Source: an uncultured virus (IMG/VR IMGVR_UViG_3300002231_004964) (Duplodnaviria > Heunggongvirae > Uroviricota > Caudoviricetes). From it: a stretch of 64,000 bases of DNA. This document shows, piece by piece, positions 1 to 9,534 of this stretch. The stretch is taken from the IMG/VR virus record IMGVR_UViG_3300002231_004964. One strand, given 5' to 3'. The position numbers and the translations under genes were made by a program. The notes beneath the pieces were generated by a model. It ran no database searches. It was not told the DNA's origin and worked only from the letters and a program-made list of their open reading frames with translations. The number at the start of each line of letters is the position of its first letter. The stretch's first letter is position 1.

Positions 1-44
1 ATGAAGACGGTGATGAAAAGTGGGAATTTAGACAATCGTTAGCC

Positions 45-323
45 TCAAAGGACTTGATAAGTGCCTGACACAGTAATACCAGGTGTGGCGGCAATAGGTC
101 CGCTGAGGTTTCCAGCGCCGATGCCATCATAAGGATTTGCTTCACTAGTTCGAACATCGAGGTCTTGTGCCCAAGCCAGGCCTGCCTCGTCCTCACCACC
201 CAAGCGAACGCGAAGGAAGAAACTACTAGTTTGCGTACCATTATCAGTACCTGCGGTGTTACCTGCAGGAATGGCATCCGTGTACTCTAAGGTAATCGGT
301 GTACCTAATGCGGTGCTTAACAA
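45..323 (-). CDS. Small beta-rich hypothetical (structural?) protein; true start uncertain
   Basis: ORF track; G/T/A-rich; follows 327..1130. Confidence 0.45.
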   Translation of the reverse strand: MLSTALGTPITLEYTDAIPAGNTAGTDNGTQTSSFFLRVRLGGEDEAGLAWAQDLDVRTSEANPYDGIGAGNLSGPIAATPGITVSGTYQVL

Positions 324-326
324 TCA

Positions 327-1130
327 TCAAGCCTTTACTGCGGTTCCAGCGGTAGATATGATAATCCATCCTGCGGCGGCGACACATTTTTGAACTGTAA
401 CGGCATCGCCAACATTAGGTAGGTCATACGCACCAATCGCACCACCTGCAATTGGAGTTTCAAAGGCAACCGACACAGGTGCTTCAGTCGCCGTAACGGT
501 AAATCGTGTTCCATCGTCAATAGCACCCAAAGCGATATTATCACATATAAGGGTCGTTCCTACACCTCCTTTTATGATAACAGAACTAGGTAGGTTGGCT
601 CCGAAACCGAGAGTGGTCAAATCTTCATTCGCTACCGAAAAAACACCCGCTCCAAAGGTGTTACCTCTACTCACTATCAACTTCTCGTCAGAGGTTATCG
701 TGGGTGCCTGAACAATTGTTCCTGCTGTGACTGTAGTGTTGGCCGAGACTGAACCTGTTGCACCGCCTGCAGATATAGAGCCATTGTTAGTAGTAATTGT
801 ACCTGTACCTCCGACGGAGACTCCTGTTCCAGTGGTAGCAACCACGCCAACGGATAAAGTGTCTGTTCCTTCGGTGTAAGTAAATGCGGCTTCGCCTTTA
901 ATGGTATCGGCGCCACTGCCATAGGCAACTTGAGTAACCGCAATAGTACCGCCAATGCCGCCACCACCACCACCACCTGTAGTTACAGTGACAGTGTGTC
1001 CTGAACTAGCCGTGATAGTACCTGCCGAAACAATAATCTTCCGAACGTCGGTATTAGTAGTTGTACCATCGGTGACTTCTAATGTGTCACCGCCTGCCGT
1101 TGTTCCTGTAAAGAAATTGCCTTGCGTCAT
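327..1130 (-). CDS. Gly/Thr-rich fibre/spike-like virion protein
   Basis: Poly-Gly hinge, GT-rich beta repeats; TATA box near 1164-1172. Confidence 0.6.
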   Translation of the reverse strand: MTQGNFFTGTTAGGDTLEVTDGTTTNTDVRKIIVSAGTITASSGHTVTVTTGGGGGGGIGGTIAVTQVAYGSGADTIKGEAAFTYTEGTDTLSVGVVATTGTGVSVGGTGTITTNNGSISAGGATGSVSANTTVTAGTIVQAPTITSDEKLIVSRGNTFGAGVFSVANEDLTTLGFGANLPSSVIIKGGVGTTLICDNIALGAIDDGTRFTVTATEAPVSVAFETPIAGGAIGAYDLPNVGDAVTVQKCVAAAGWIIISTAGTAVKA

Positions 1131-1183
1131 AGCCGTCCCTACATGGTATTTCCACGTTTCAACTACTTAAAGTTGCCTCAAAC

Positions 1184-2144
1184 TTAGACAGTCTTGATAG
1201 CCTGTGAAGTAGTGTCGAAGTAACCGTAGTATTGTTCAGTCCAACCGACGAAAACTGCATCGGCTTCATCACCTGCGGTAATGGTAGCACCAGATTCATT
1301 GATGATGCGGAACACAATTTGTTGTTCGACAACGAGGGGAGATTCGAATTGCCACAAGTCGGAGAAATTAGTTTGACCCCATTGGAAATCACTCCATGAA
1401 ATGGCTAAACTGCCATCAATCCAAATTTGATAACGAATCGGATTGGCTAGTTTATCAGCCCCTGCACCTGCAGGTCGGGGAACTAAGGCGTGACCAAATT
1501 TACTAATTTTATAGTATTCATTGTCAGACCCAAGTTGAGAAGTACCTGCCACACCCGCTTGGCTGAGGCCACCTTGTAAAGGGAATCGGGTGTTTACTCC
1601 TGAAGCATCCGTCCCTGTCGGTACGAAAGTAGACGTAACTCGAGGTGTCGCAGGTGGTGCAATATTAGCAATAGGCTGACCAACAGGAAATGCCGATGCC
1701 TCACCCGCATTCGTCCAAAATTGAGTACCAGGAATATTAGTTTCGGTAACGTTGATAACTAAAGCATCGACGAACTCATTATCGGCTAACAGAACTGTAG
1801 TAGCAGAATCAGCCGCGGCGAATTTGAATTAATTGTCGTTGAATAACGTTACTAGAATCCCCCTTTGGAATCAAAGACCAAGGATACCTAGCCAAATCGA
1901 GAACTTTATCCGTTCCTGCCGAGTAAACGGCTTGTGGACCGTCCTTACCATCGCCACGAAGATAAGTTCGGGCATCTAAACCTGGTCGAACAACGGAAGT
2001 TTGTTGTGTAGTTGTGGTGGAATATGTGTGTTGCGGAACAGGAGTTGCCTCAACGGAATCTCCTGCCACTGCGTACCCTGTTTGAAAAGACTTCTTTCGA
2101 TAGGCTCGCTTCACATCACGAATGTTGTCATTAACACTACCCAT
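1184..2144 (-). CDS. Beta-rich putative structural protein (one gene, frameshift near 1830)
   Basis: Frame of 1184..1552 is open upstream to about 1830 (FKFAAADSATTVLLADNEFVDALVINV...), joining 1809..2144; TATA at 2167-2175. Confidence 0.6.
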
Positions 2145-2166
2145 GAGTTATATTAGCCCGCTCTGA

Positions 2167-2175
2167 TACTTAAAG
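2167..2175 (-). promoter_or_regulatory. TATA box CTTTAAGTA (class 1, leaderless)
   Basis: 22 nt upstream of ATG 2144; same motif and spacing repeated across the window. Confidence 0.75.
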
Positions 2176-2189
2176 GTATTGCAGGACAA

Positions 2190-2708
2190 TTAGCCTTGAA
2201 TTAGGCTTGGGTCAACACAATCTGCGGACTGAATCGCCAATTCACCAATAAGTGTAATCTTAATAGTTCTATTTGGAGTTCCTGCACACGCAGTGTTATT
2301 AGTAACCACAATAGAAAGAGGTTGTTGGAAGAGAACAAGAATAGGAACAGGGAAGGTTAGCGTCTTATCATCTTTACAAGCAATACTTTCAATTGAGAAG
2401 GATTGGCTTGGGACAGCATTCGCACCAACAAGTATCTTCATATCGAAATCCATGCAGGTTGGAGCAGTATCAATAGCATCACAAGAACAACAAACAGGTC
2501 CATTAGCACCGTTAAATGCACCACCAGCAGCACCTGTACCACCTGCCATAATTTCAGCCATAATTCCGTAAATCCTAACTTCTTCATTGTTGGCTTGATT
2601 AGTGTAAATAGTTTGAGTTACGCTAGTTCCAGCCGCAATTGGGTTTGCGTTATCGCCGAAAACGTGCCGTGTCGTGTAGACTTCAGGTTGTGGATTCTGA
2701 TTTGCCAT
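2190..2708 (-). CDS. Putative jelly-roll structural protein, paralogue of 2746..3339
   Basis: Shared NQ.PQPE, QANNEE.R.Y.I, MDF, CKD.KTL.F..P..VLF.QP, RT.KITLIGE; RBS GGAGTGA before ATG 2708. Confidence 0.7.
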   Translation of the reverse strand: MANQNPQPEVYTTRHVFGDNANPIAAGTSVTQTIYTNQANNEEVRIYGIMAEIMAGGTGAAGGAFNGANGPVCCSCDAIDTAPTCMDFDMKILVGANAVPSQSFSIESIACKDDKTLTFPVPILVLFQQPLSIVVTNNTACAGTPNRTIKITLIGELAIQSADCVDPSLIQG

Positions 2709-2745
2709 ATCTTTCACTCCTTGTTCCAACTATTTAAAGTATTCC

Positions 2746-3339
2746 TTAATATTGCTTTTGAATTCCGATTTCTCCGATGAGAGTTATCTTTACCGTACGG
2801 ATACCATAATTTGGTAATGCCGCACCTGCCGCATTTGCTAATGGAGTAGCATTAGAAACTTCGATTTGGAAAGGTTGCTTAAACAAAACAATCACAGGTG
2901 TAGCAAATGCCAATGTTTTACTATCTTTGCAAAAGATGCTAGATGCATCAAAGGTTGTGGAAGGGACTAAATTCCCACCGACACGAATACCGATGTTAAA
3001 GTCCATTCCGCCACCAGACTCGATACCACCAATTACACCATTACTAAGATTCGGTGAATAAACCATATCGGCTGCATTCGTGCCAGCCGCCGTGTCCGCA
3101 GGAAGAATATTACAACAACATAGTTCTACATTGTTATTGACAGTTTTAGCGCCACCTGCTCCATAAGCAACCGTGCCTTCCATTTCAACCTTAATCGCAT
3201 AGAGTCGAAACTCTTCATTATTGGCTTGATATGTAAAGACATCGACTGAACGAGTTGTATTGGCAGGAATTACTGCCGCCGTGTAATCGAAAGTGTGAGT
3301 GGTGGTGATAATTTCTGGTTGAGGGTCCTGATTTACCAT
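2746..3339 (-). CDS. Putative jelly-roll structural protein, paralogue of 2190..2708
   Basis: Same shared motifs; TATA at 3377-3385. Confidence 0.7.
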   Translation of the reverse strand: MVNQDPQPEIITTTHTFDYTAAVIPANTTRSVDVFTYQANNEEFRLYAIKVEMEGTVAYGAGGAKTVNNNVELCCCNILPADTAAGTNAADMVYSPNLSNGVIGGIESGGGMDFNIGIRVGGNLVPSTTFDASSIFCKDSKTLAFATPVIVLFKQPFQIEVSNATPLANAAGAALPNYGIRTVKITLIGEIGIQKQY

Positions 3340-3396
3340 ATTGAATACTCCTATGCCCTTACTTAGACGTTCTTACTACTTAAAGTATTCCATCCC

Positions 3397-3630
3397 TTAC
3401 TCCCAAATATTAGGTGGATTCTTATTTGGTCTTGATTTGCGCCAAATTCGATAAATAAATAAGACGAAGAATAAATCTAAGAGAAAAGCGGCGGGTCCGA
3501 GGCGGTCTAAGTCATTAATAATTTGCATTGGGCTCGTCGGCCAAGTGTAGACGACATAAAGAAGAGAAAACATGGTTAAAATGAAGAATAAAAGCAAAAC
3601 CTCAAGCATGGCTTGTCTTCGTGGGCTCAT
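3397..3630 (-). CDS. Small two-TM membrane protein
   Basis: Two hydrophobic segments; TATA near 3653. Confidence 0.7.
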   Translation of the reverse strand: MSPRRQAMLEVLLLFFILTMFSLLYVVYTWPTSPMQIINDLDRLGPAAFLLDLFFVLFIYRIWRKSRPNKNPPNIWE

Positions 3631-3661
3631 ACTATATTCTCACACCTATGACTACTTAAGT

Positions 3662-4177
3662 TTAACTGTTACTTGCATCATCGCCTTCGGTAAACAATTC
3701 CTCGTCATTAATAAAGGATACTTCTTCGGGAGAAATATACGGCACATCCAACTCGGGAGTCGGTGTCGCTTCGTGTAATTGCTTTGTTTCGAAATACTCT
3801 CGAACGGCTTGGTAAATCTCGGGTGCAATAGCATCGGTATCGAAATCGGAATCATCGGCTTCGGCTTGCTCGACGAGACGGCGTCTAACGTCTGACATCG
3901 CCGAAACAGTTTGATAAAAATCAGGTGTGAAAACTCGCTTGTAAACCGCGCCGATGCGGTCGGCACTGCGTTGAGCAAACACGGCTAAAATCACCGCACC
4001 TAAATTCGTAGCCGCAATAAAGCCTAGTAATTGCCAGGTCCACCAAGCGGTCGGTTGCACAAGGAGAGCAAAAGTTTGCACAATTACTTCGATGAACAAG
4101 ACTAAGGCTATCATTTGAGGAGCGGTGACAAACTCGATATTCGCAATCGCTTCGAAATCATCGCTTTCATCACTCAC
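3662..4177 (-). CDS. Two-TM membrane protein with acidic tail
   Basis: GTG start at 4177 preceded by GGAGGTG; two hydrophobic helices. Confidence 0.65.
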   Translation of the reverse strand: MSDESDDFEAIANIEFVTAPQMIALVLFIEVIVQTFALLVQPTAWWTWQLLGFIAATNLGAVILAVFAQRSADRIGAVYKRVFTPDFYQTVSAMSDVRRRLVEQAEADDSDFDTDAIAPEIYQAVREYFETKQLHEATPTPELDVPYISPEEVSFINDEELFTEGDDASNS

Positions 4178-4754
4178 TGAATCCACCTCCGCCTGTGATT
4201 TGTTGTAAAATAAGATGCCGTTCACCGTTTAACGGGAATTCCCCCACAGGTTGATAACCCCAAACATCTCGTAACTCACGTAACATATTCTTTTTCCAAC
4301 CTCGTCCGAGCGATAAAATAAATTCCGATTCGTGAAAAATACCTTGTCGGTGTAGGGCGGAAAAGTCTTCCCAAGAGTAAACGCGAACACAAGCACCCGA
4401 ACCAATGATTTCCGTTTCTAATTCTTCCTTGACTGTAGCCACTTCGGCCGCTAATTCCTCATTAGTTTTGAAAAAGTCCGTTCCGACAATTTGCAAGATA
4501 TCATCCGTTAAACCGAAGCCTGATTGAAGACGTTCTGCAATAATTGACCACTCGCGTTCGAATTGCGTATCCCAAAATCGACGATTATCAAGATATTCAG
4601 CACCAATGGTGTCGATAGAAGAAGTAATAAACTCTTGTTTGCGAGCGGCAATGTAGTTTAACCATAAGATATCACGGTCTTCATCGTGCAATTCCGTGAT
4701 TTCCGCCACCACGTCTTCAATACCTTCATCGAAAGGTGGCTTCGCCTGGTCCAT
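4170..4754 (-). CDS. Hypothetical acidic protein
   Basis: ORF with TATA near 4777. Confidence 0.7.
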   Translation of the reverse strand: MDQAKPPFDEGIEDVVAEITELHDEDRDILWLNYIAARKQEFITSSIDTIGAEYLDNRRFWDTQFEREWSIIAERLQSGFGLTDDILQIVGTDFFKTNEELAAEVATVKEELETEIIGSGACVRVYSWEDFSALHRQGIFHESEFILSLGRGWKKNMLRELRDVWGYQPVGEFPLNGERHLILQQITGGGGFSE

Positions 4755-4785
4755 AGTTAATTTAACCAGTCATTTGTATTTAAGA

Positions 4786-6168
4786 CTAATCGCTTCGACG
4801 AGTAAATCTTTCGATAATTCCCATCCTTTCAATCGAAGCACCAATTCCAATGCCTAATATACCTGCGGCAAGGGCTACCCAAATATCATCCGAATCGGTC
4901 TGATTTAAAATCTTGGAAGGAATATCTTGTTTCATCTTCTCAGGGTTGTATTTCTTGCGCTTATATTGTCGAGTTTCAGTGGTAATCCCTGATTCTTCCT
5001 TGCTGTCGACCACAGTTTCTTCACGTTTATCCTCTGCTATCCTTTCGGCTCCATAGATATATCGCGAGGAAGTCATCTCGTTATACCGCATCGACTCATA
5101 TCTATCGTGAGTGTAACAAGGCATGTAAACAGTTCTACCGTCCATTTCATGCGTGTGAACGTCTTGACAACCGAGTTCTCGGGCTCGAGCCATGGCTTCT
5201 TCTCGGGTGTAATACATGTCTTGTCCTGTCATTTCAGCGTCGAATCGACTTGAGGTTGCTACGTTTTGCATCCAATTTTTTCCTGCTTGCTCCATACGAG
5301 TATCGTGACCAAGCATACCACTAATTCGAGACAGTTCATCGGTCAATTCATCTTCGGTGCCGACTAAAATTCGACCAGTTTGGAATCCGAACTCATCTAC
5401 ATTCCGACCTGGTGCAGTAGAATAATACATAGCACTAGGATTACCATCAACCGTTCCAATAATAAGAACATTATCATGGCCTTCGGCCTCTAATTTCACG
5501 CGCTTAGCCGCTTCTTCAGGTGTAATCGCTTGGTCTTTGACTAATTTACGAGGTGTGTGAGGCTTACCTGTTATAGTTCGAACCTTTTTACGAGTCTTAG
5601 GTTGTTCTTCAACCACTAAATAATCCAAAATATCGCCTTTTTGCTCGGCATCGAGAACCATTTCAGTTCCTTCTTGCCTTACATTTCGATTTCCAGTAGA
5701 GAATGGATAAGTAAACGAGTATTCCCACGCAACAGGATTTAAATAAACAATATACGCCCCTGTGCTTCCAATATCTCCCCAAAATCTAGGATTGTCTGCT
5801 CTCGGTATAGAAATAATTCCTTTATTTAATAAACCTTGCACAGGTCGACTCATAAATGGTTTATAACCTCTATTATCTACTTCTACATAAGCATATTCAT
5901 GATTATTATGGTAATAAGACATCTTCATCATATTCAAAGATTCCAATTGTTTTTTACTCAATCTAGGTTTTGACTCAGCCTCATAAGATTCGGCATAAGA
6001 TGAGTATCTTCCCATAGGTACACATTCATTGCAAACACATTCTACATCGTGTATATCGGGTCCATATCTTTGATTGCGCCATTCGTTCAAGCAAGCCATA
6101 CAATCAGGGTCTGCCTCACCATATTCTCTATCGCAAGTGCATCGATTCTCATTCATCATCGAGTACAT
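4786..6168 (-). CDS. Modular AE-motif protein: Cys-rich N-terminus, DUF3721-like GC..H..MPC..H module, C-terminal TM
   Basis: YAESYEAE, LDAE, LEAE, FDAE, YGAE separate modules; EEAMARARELGCQDVHTHEMDGRTVYMPCYTH; IWVALAAGILGIGIGA. Confidence 0.75.
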   Translation of the reverse strand: MYSMMNENRCTCDREYGEADPDCMACLNEWRNQRYGPDIHDVECVCNECVPMGRYSSYAESYEAESKPRLSKKQLESLNMMKMSYYHNNHEYAYVEVDNRGYKPFMSRPVQGLLNKGIISIPRADNPRFWGDIGSTGAYIVYLNPVAWEYSFTYPFSTGNRNVRQEGTEMVLDAEQKGDILDYLVVEEQPKTRKKVRTITGKPHTPRKLVKDQAITPEEAAKRVKLEAEGHDNVLIIGTVDGNPSAMYYSTAPGRNVDEFGFQTGRILVGTEDELTDELSRISGMLGHDTRMEQAGKNWMQNVATSSRFDAEMTGQDMYYTREEAMARARELGCQDVHTHEMDGRTVYMPCYTHDRYESMRYNEMTSSRYIYGAERIAEDKREETVVDSKEESGITTETRQYKRKKYNPEKMKQDIPSKILNQTDSDDIWVALAAGILGIGIGASIERMGIIERFTRRSD

Positions 6169-6175
6169 CTTTAAT

Positions 6176-8005
6176 TTAGCCTTGTTTTATCGCCGACTTC
6201 AACTCACGCATATCCGTGACACCTGCCTGTTTTAGAGATTGCAAAGAATTTTCTAAGTTTCTAATTGCTTCTTCAACAGCCGCAATAGATTCGGGTGAGT
6301 TTCCACCTTGTTCAATACAATTCAAACCGTATGCATCACATACCTCACAGTAGCCATCACCGTCTAATTGATGATTGCCCCATTCAGCACCATAGGATAC
6401 TTCGGAACCACTCGGAGAATCACTCAACTCGTAGGGTCTCTCTCCTGCAGGGTCGAAAAACGGGCGCGAAGCATCTTCCATAAGGTAAGATTCACCTTGC
6501 TGTGTCTTAAAGGTTTCGCTCTCGAATTCCACGGTGAACGGGGTGGCGTCGGTATACTCCTCCATGGCATCATCATACGTGTTAACGCCTTCGTATAGTT
6601 TTTCTAACGGCATTTCATACCGACCCGTTGCCATGAATTGGAGTTCGATGACGGCTTCGACAGAACCATAGTAACTGTAGTATTCTCTTAGACCGCTTAT
6701 AGCAGCCTCTAAGTCGAATTCGCCATCTGAAACAAATAATTCATCACCCTCTTGTAACTCTCCTTGTCCCGTAGCGAGGGCTTGGTAGCGATTATATTCG
6801 TCCACATACCCGTCGAAATCATCAGCACTGCGACCTGCTATGGCATACTCGTCTTCATATTCGCTAACGAGTCTCGTTTCGGGGAACACGTATTCGAAAA
6901 AAGATTCCAAAGAATTGACAGCAGGTCCATTTCCACCATACCTTCTAATGCTTGTGTAACCTTCATCACCTCCGACCCATAAATAATTTCCTGTTATGGC
7001 ATCTTTAACAGGATAATCATCGCTTCGGCCGTTTCGAGACATGTTTAAGTTACTCACCATTCCCGTTTGATTATAGGCGCGAGTAGGAACTTCCAAAGGA
7101 ATCTCATATTTGGGAAAATCATCTTGTAACGCCGTTAAGAGGTTTAAACTGTTATTATCAACTTCGAGTTGAACTTGACTGGCAATTTCGTAGGCTCGTG
7201 TGGGATTTGTTATCTTGGTTTCAACATAGGCCATGTGATTCGAGTAACGATTAAGTGGAGAATACTCTTCCCATGTGATGTCGGAACTGAAACGAGCCGT
7301 AACTAAGGCGAGCAAAGCCGCACTTAATTCGACCCGCATCACTTCTTTGAGACGTCTAATCTCATCGGAGTTTTCACCTCGTAACGAGTTTCTAACTTGC
7401 ATTTGGTCTCGGAAAAGTTCAATCCTAGCATACATTTCTTGGAGTTTTGGGATTTCGCGCCATAAGTCCGAATCCGAACGTCGTTTCGAGATGACTCGAC
7501 GAAGGACGGTATTATAAGCCGAAGCCAAGCCGTAAAAGTAATTACTTGACCCGCGATTAAAATTTGAAGAGTTCGTGATGAATTCTTCTCGCTTAGATTC
7601 GGGCAAATGTTGAAACCATTCTACTTCATCTAAAAGGTATTGAGGTGAGAAACTTGTAAATGAATTCACCGACCATTCAACAGGCTGACCGTAAACGTCA
7701 GTATCGACGTTTTGTTCTAAAAAAATTGTCTGAATCCGAGCGATGTAGTCGTCGATGTCAGGGTCAGTACCTTGAAATTTCTCGAGCGTCTCGACGAAAA
7801 AATCTCGCAGGGATTCGTATTCTGCTCGGAAAGCCTCGTCTAAGGTAGAGGAGTCGGCGCGTAACTCGGCAATAGCAGGAGAAGTTGCGTTTAAGACGGA
7901 AACGGAAACTGATAAACTAGGTTCCCAATAAACACTCGTTTTAAACGCTTCCGAGAGGAGGGGAAACGGAACGGTTAATGGATAAGTAGCAAAATACGTA
8001 CTCAT
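6176..8005 (-). CDS. Large acidic hypothetical protein with AE motifs and C-terminal CxxC
   Basis: 609-aa ORF; RBS AGGTGA; FESETF, YGAEW. Confidence 0.75.
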   Translation of the reverse strand: MSTYFATYPLTVPFPLLSEAFKTSVYWEPSLSVSVSVLNATSPAIAELRADSSTLDEAFRAEYESLRDFFVETLEKFQGTDPDIDDYIARIQTIFLEQNVDTDVYGQPVEWSVNSFTSFSPQYLLDEVEWFQHLPESKREEFITNSSNFNRGSSNYFYGLASAYNTVLRRVISKRRSDSDLWREIPKLQEMYARIELFRDQMQVRNSLRGENSDEIRRLKEVMRVELSAALLALVTARFSSDITWEEYSPLNRYSNHMAYVETKITNPTRAYEIASQVQLEVDNNSLNLLTALQDDFPKYEIPLEVPTRAYNQTGMVSNLNMSRNGRSDDYPVKDAITGNYLWVGGDEGYTSIRRYGGNGPAVNSLESFFEYVFPETRLVSEYEDEYAIAGRSADDFDGYVDEYNRYQALATGQGELQEGDELFVSDGEFDLEAAISGLREYYSYYGSVEAVIELQFMATGRYEMPLEKLYEGVNTYDDAMEEYTDATPFTVEFESETFKTQQGESYLMEDASRPFFDPAGERPYELSDSPSGSEVSYGAEWGNHQLDGDGYCEVCDAYGLNCIEQGGNSPESIAAVEEAIRNLENSLQSLKQAGVTDMRELKSAIKQG

Positions 8006-8013
8006 GGAATCAC

Positions 8014-8208
8014 CTAAAACGGACGACGCGCAGGACGTGGTCTCGGATTAGGTCGGCGATTTGGACGTCGAGGGCGAGGTGTTGGCCTTGGCCAGTCTTC
8101 GGAAGGACGAGTTGGTCGAACAGGATAACGATTTGGTGCTTCAAAGGTTTCTACATAACCGATATCATCGATGTGGCCACCTTCGTGAGCGTTAAAGTAC
8201 TTTATCAT
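8014..8208 (-). CDS. Small protein with Arg/Pro-rich tail (possible DNA-condensing)
   Basis: VETFEAP followed by RPTPRPRRPNRRPNPRPRP. Confidence 0.55.
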   Translation of the reverse strand: MIKYFNAHEGGHIDDIGYVETFEAPNRYPVRPTRPSEDWPRPTPRPRRPNRRPNPRPRPARRPF

Positions 8209-8573
8209 ACAAAAATGAATTCATCGATTAAGTATTTTTTGTCGAAATCTCGACCTGCCTTTCGATTGGCTCGGCGAATATCTTTCAAGACCTTTCGCAT
8301 CGGACGACGCAATCCTTCGATAATGGCTTCGTAGTAATGGTCAAAGAATTTACTGTTACAAAACGCTTCGGCTTGTGCGTGAGAACGACCTTCATCACGC
8401 AAGGCTTGATAAGTAGCCTCCCAAAGTGCACCGCCCGCATTCGTGCGAGCGTATCGATTTAAGTCGTAGTCTTCTTCCGCTTCGGGACGGTCAATTTTGT
8501 AGAAGGGTGTTCGGCGTCGTCGACGCAAATCCGACTTAGAGGCTCGGAAAGTCTCCGAAGGCGAAAGTTTCAT
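8205..8573 (-). CDS. Basic hypothetical protein
   Basis: ORF; SETFRA and poly-Arg; may be fused to upstream ORF. Confidence 0.55.
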   Translation of the reverse strand: MKLSPSETFRASKSDLRRRRRTPFYKIDRPEAEEDYDLNRYARTNAGGALWEATYQALRDEGRSHAQAEAFCNSKFFDHYYEAIIEGLRRPMRKVLKDIRRANRKAGRDFDKKYLIDEFIFV

Positions 8574-9168
8574 CTTCTAACATCATTTCTAATTGAGCAA
8601 CGTAGGCGGTAGGACTAGTGTCCATAGCCACTAAAATATCATCGAATAATTCATCCCTCTTGGCATCCACGACAGGTACACCAAAGTAATTAGCCACTTC
8701 AATCAATAATTCGTCGTCAGCCGTTTCTAAAATCGCGACAATAGTTTCTGATTCGAAGGTTTCCGCACGTCGACTCTCGGTCACATGTTGATACCCGTCT
8801 CGTGTTAAATAGTACACGGTTTTTTGCACACGTCCGAAAACTCGGCCGTCATCATCAGTAACGTGAGCCAGTTTTTGTTTAACTAATCCATCACGCATCA
8901 AAGGAGCAACAATTCGATTGACGTTACTTCGATGAACGTCGATAGCAGCCGCTACTCCAAGTTGACTTAGTTGTTGTGGGGCTTCACGAGAATTTTCAAT
9001 CCGTTCGGAATTCCAATTCGATAAGTAGTTAATCAAGGCCTGTTGTTTTTCAGTTAAACTGTGATGTGCCTGTTTAGTAAGGATTCCACAAGCGCCACAC
9101 TGCATTCGGTCTGCACCGTAATTTTCGGCTTGTTTCATTCGTCCAGAACTACAATGATGGCATCTCAT
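8536..9168 (-). CDS. Zn-ribbon plus winged-helix DNA-binding protein
   Basis: CHHC/CGAC; LSQLGVAAAIDVHRSNVNRIVAPLMRDGLV...YYLTRDG; TATA at 9192-9200. Confidence 0.7.
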   Translation of the reverse strand: MRCHHCSSGRMKQAENYGADRMQCGACGILTKQAHHSLTEKQQALINYLSNWNSERIENSREAPQQLSQLGVAAAIDVHRSNVNRIVAPLMRDGLVKQKLAHVTDDDGRVFGRVQKTVYYLTRDGYQHVTESRRAETFESETIVAILETADDELLIEVANYFGVPVVDAKRDELFDDILVAMDTSPTAYVAQLEMMLEDETFAFGDFPSL

Positions 9169-9205
9169 GCCTTATATATCATCTATCTTGCTATTTAAAG
9201 ATGAG

Positions 9206-9532
9206 TTACTCAGGGTTATCATTCTCTTTCTTTGCTTCAACCTTTTCGGTTGCCTCATCTAAATTGGCTTTGGTAAATCTCATAACGGGATACCCAACGG
9301 CAACGGCTAAAATACCTCCGAAAAATAACCACTCACGAGGATTACCAATCATATTTTGCCACGGCCAATCATGCTTTTCACGCAATTTCACAGCATTGGC
9401 AAGACTGCCAATTAAAACTAACCATCCACCGACAATACCTGCAATCGCAGCAGTCCAAGCGTCATTTCCTTCTACGAGTTGTTGCGCTTCCGTTTCATTC
9501 GCTCGGCGGGAAATGGTTTGTTTTTCGTCCAT
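9206..9532 (-). CDS. Two-TM membrane protein
   Basis: Two hydrophobic segments; RBS GGTGAG. Confidence 0.7.
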   Translation of the reverse strand: MDEKQTISRRANETEAQQLVEGNDAWTAAIAGIVGGWLVLIGSLANAVKLREKHDWPWQNMIGNPREWLFFGGILAVAVGYPVMRFTKANLDEATEKVEAKKENDNPE

Positions 9533-9534
9533 CT

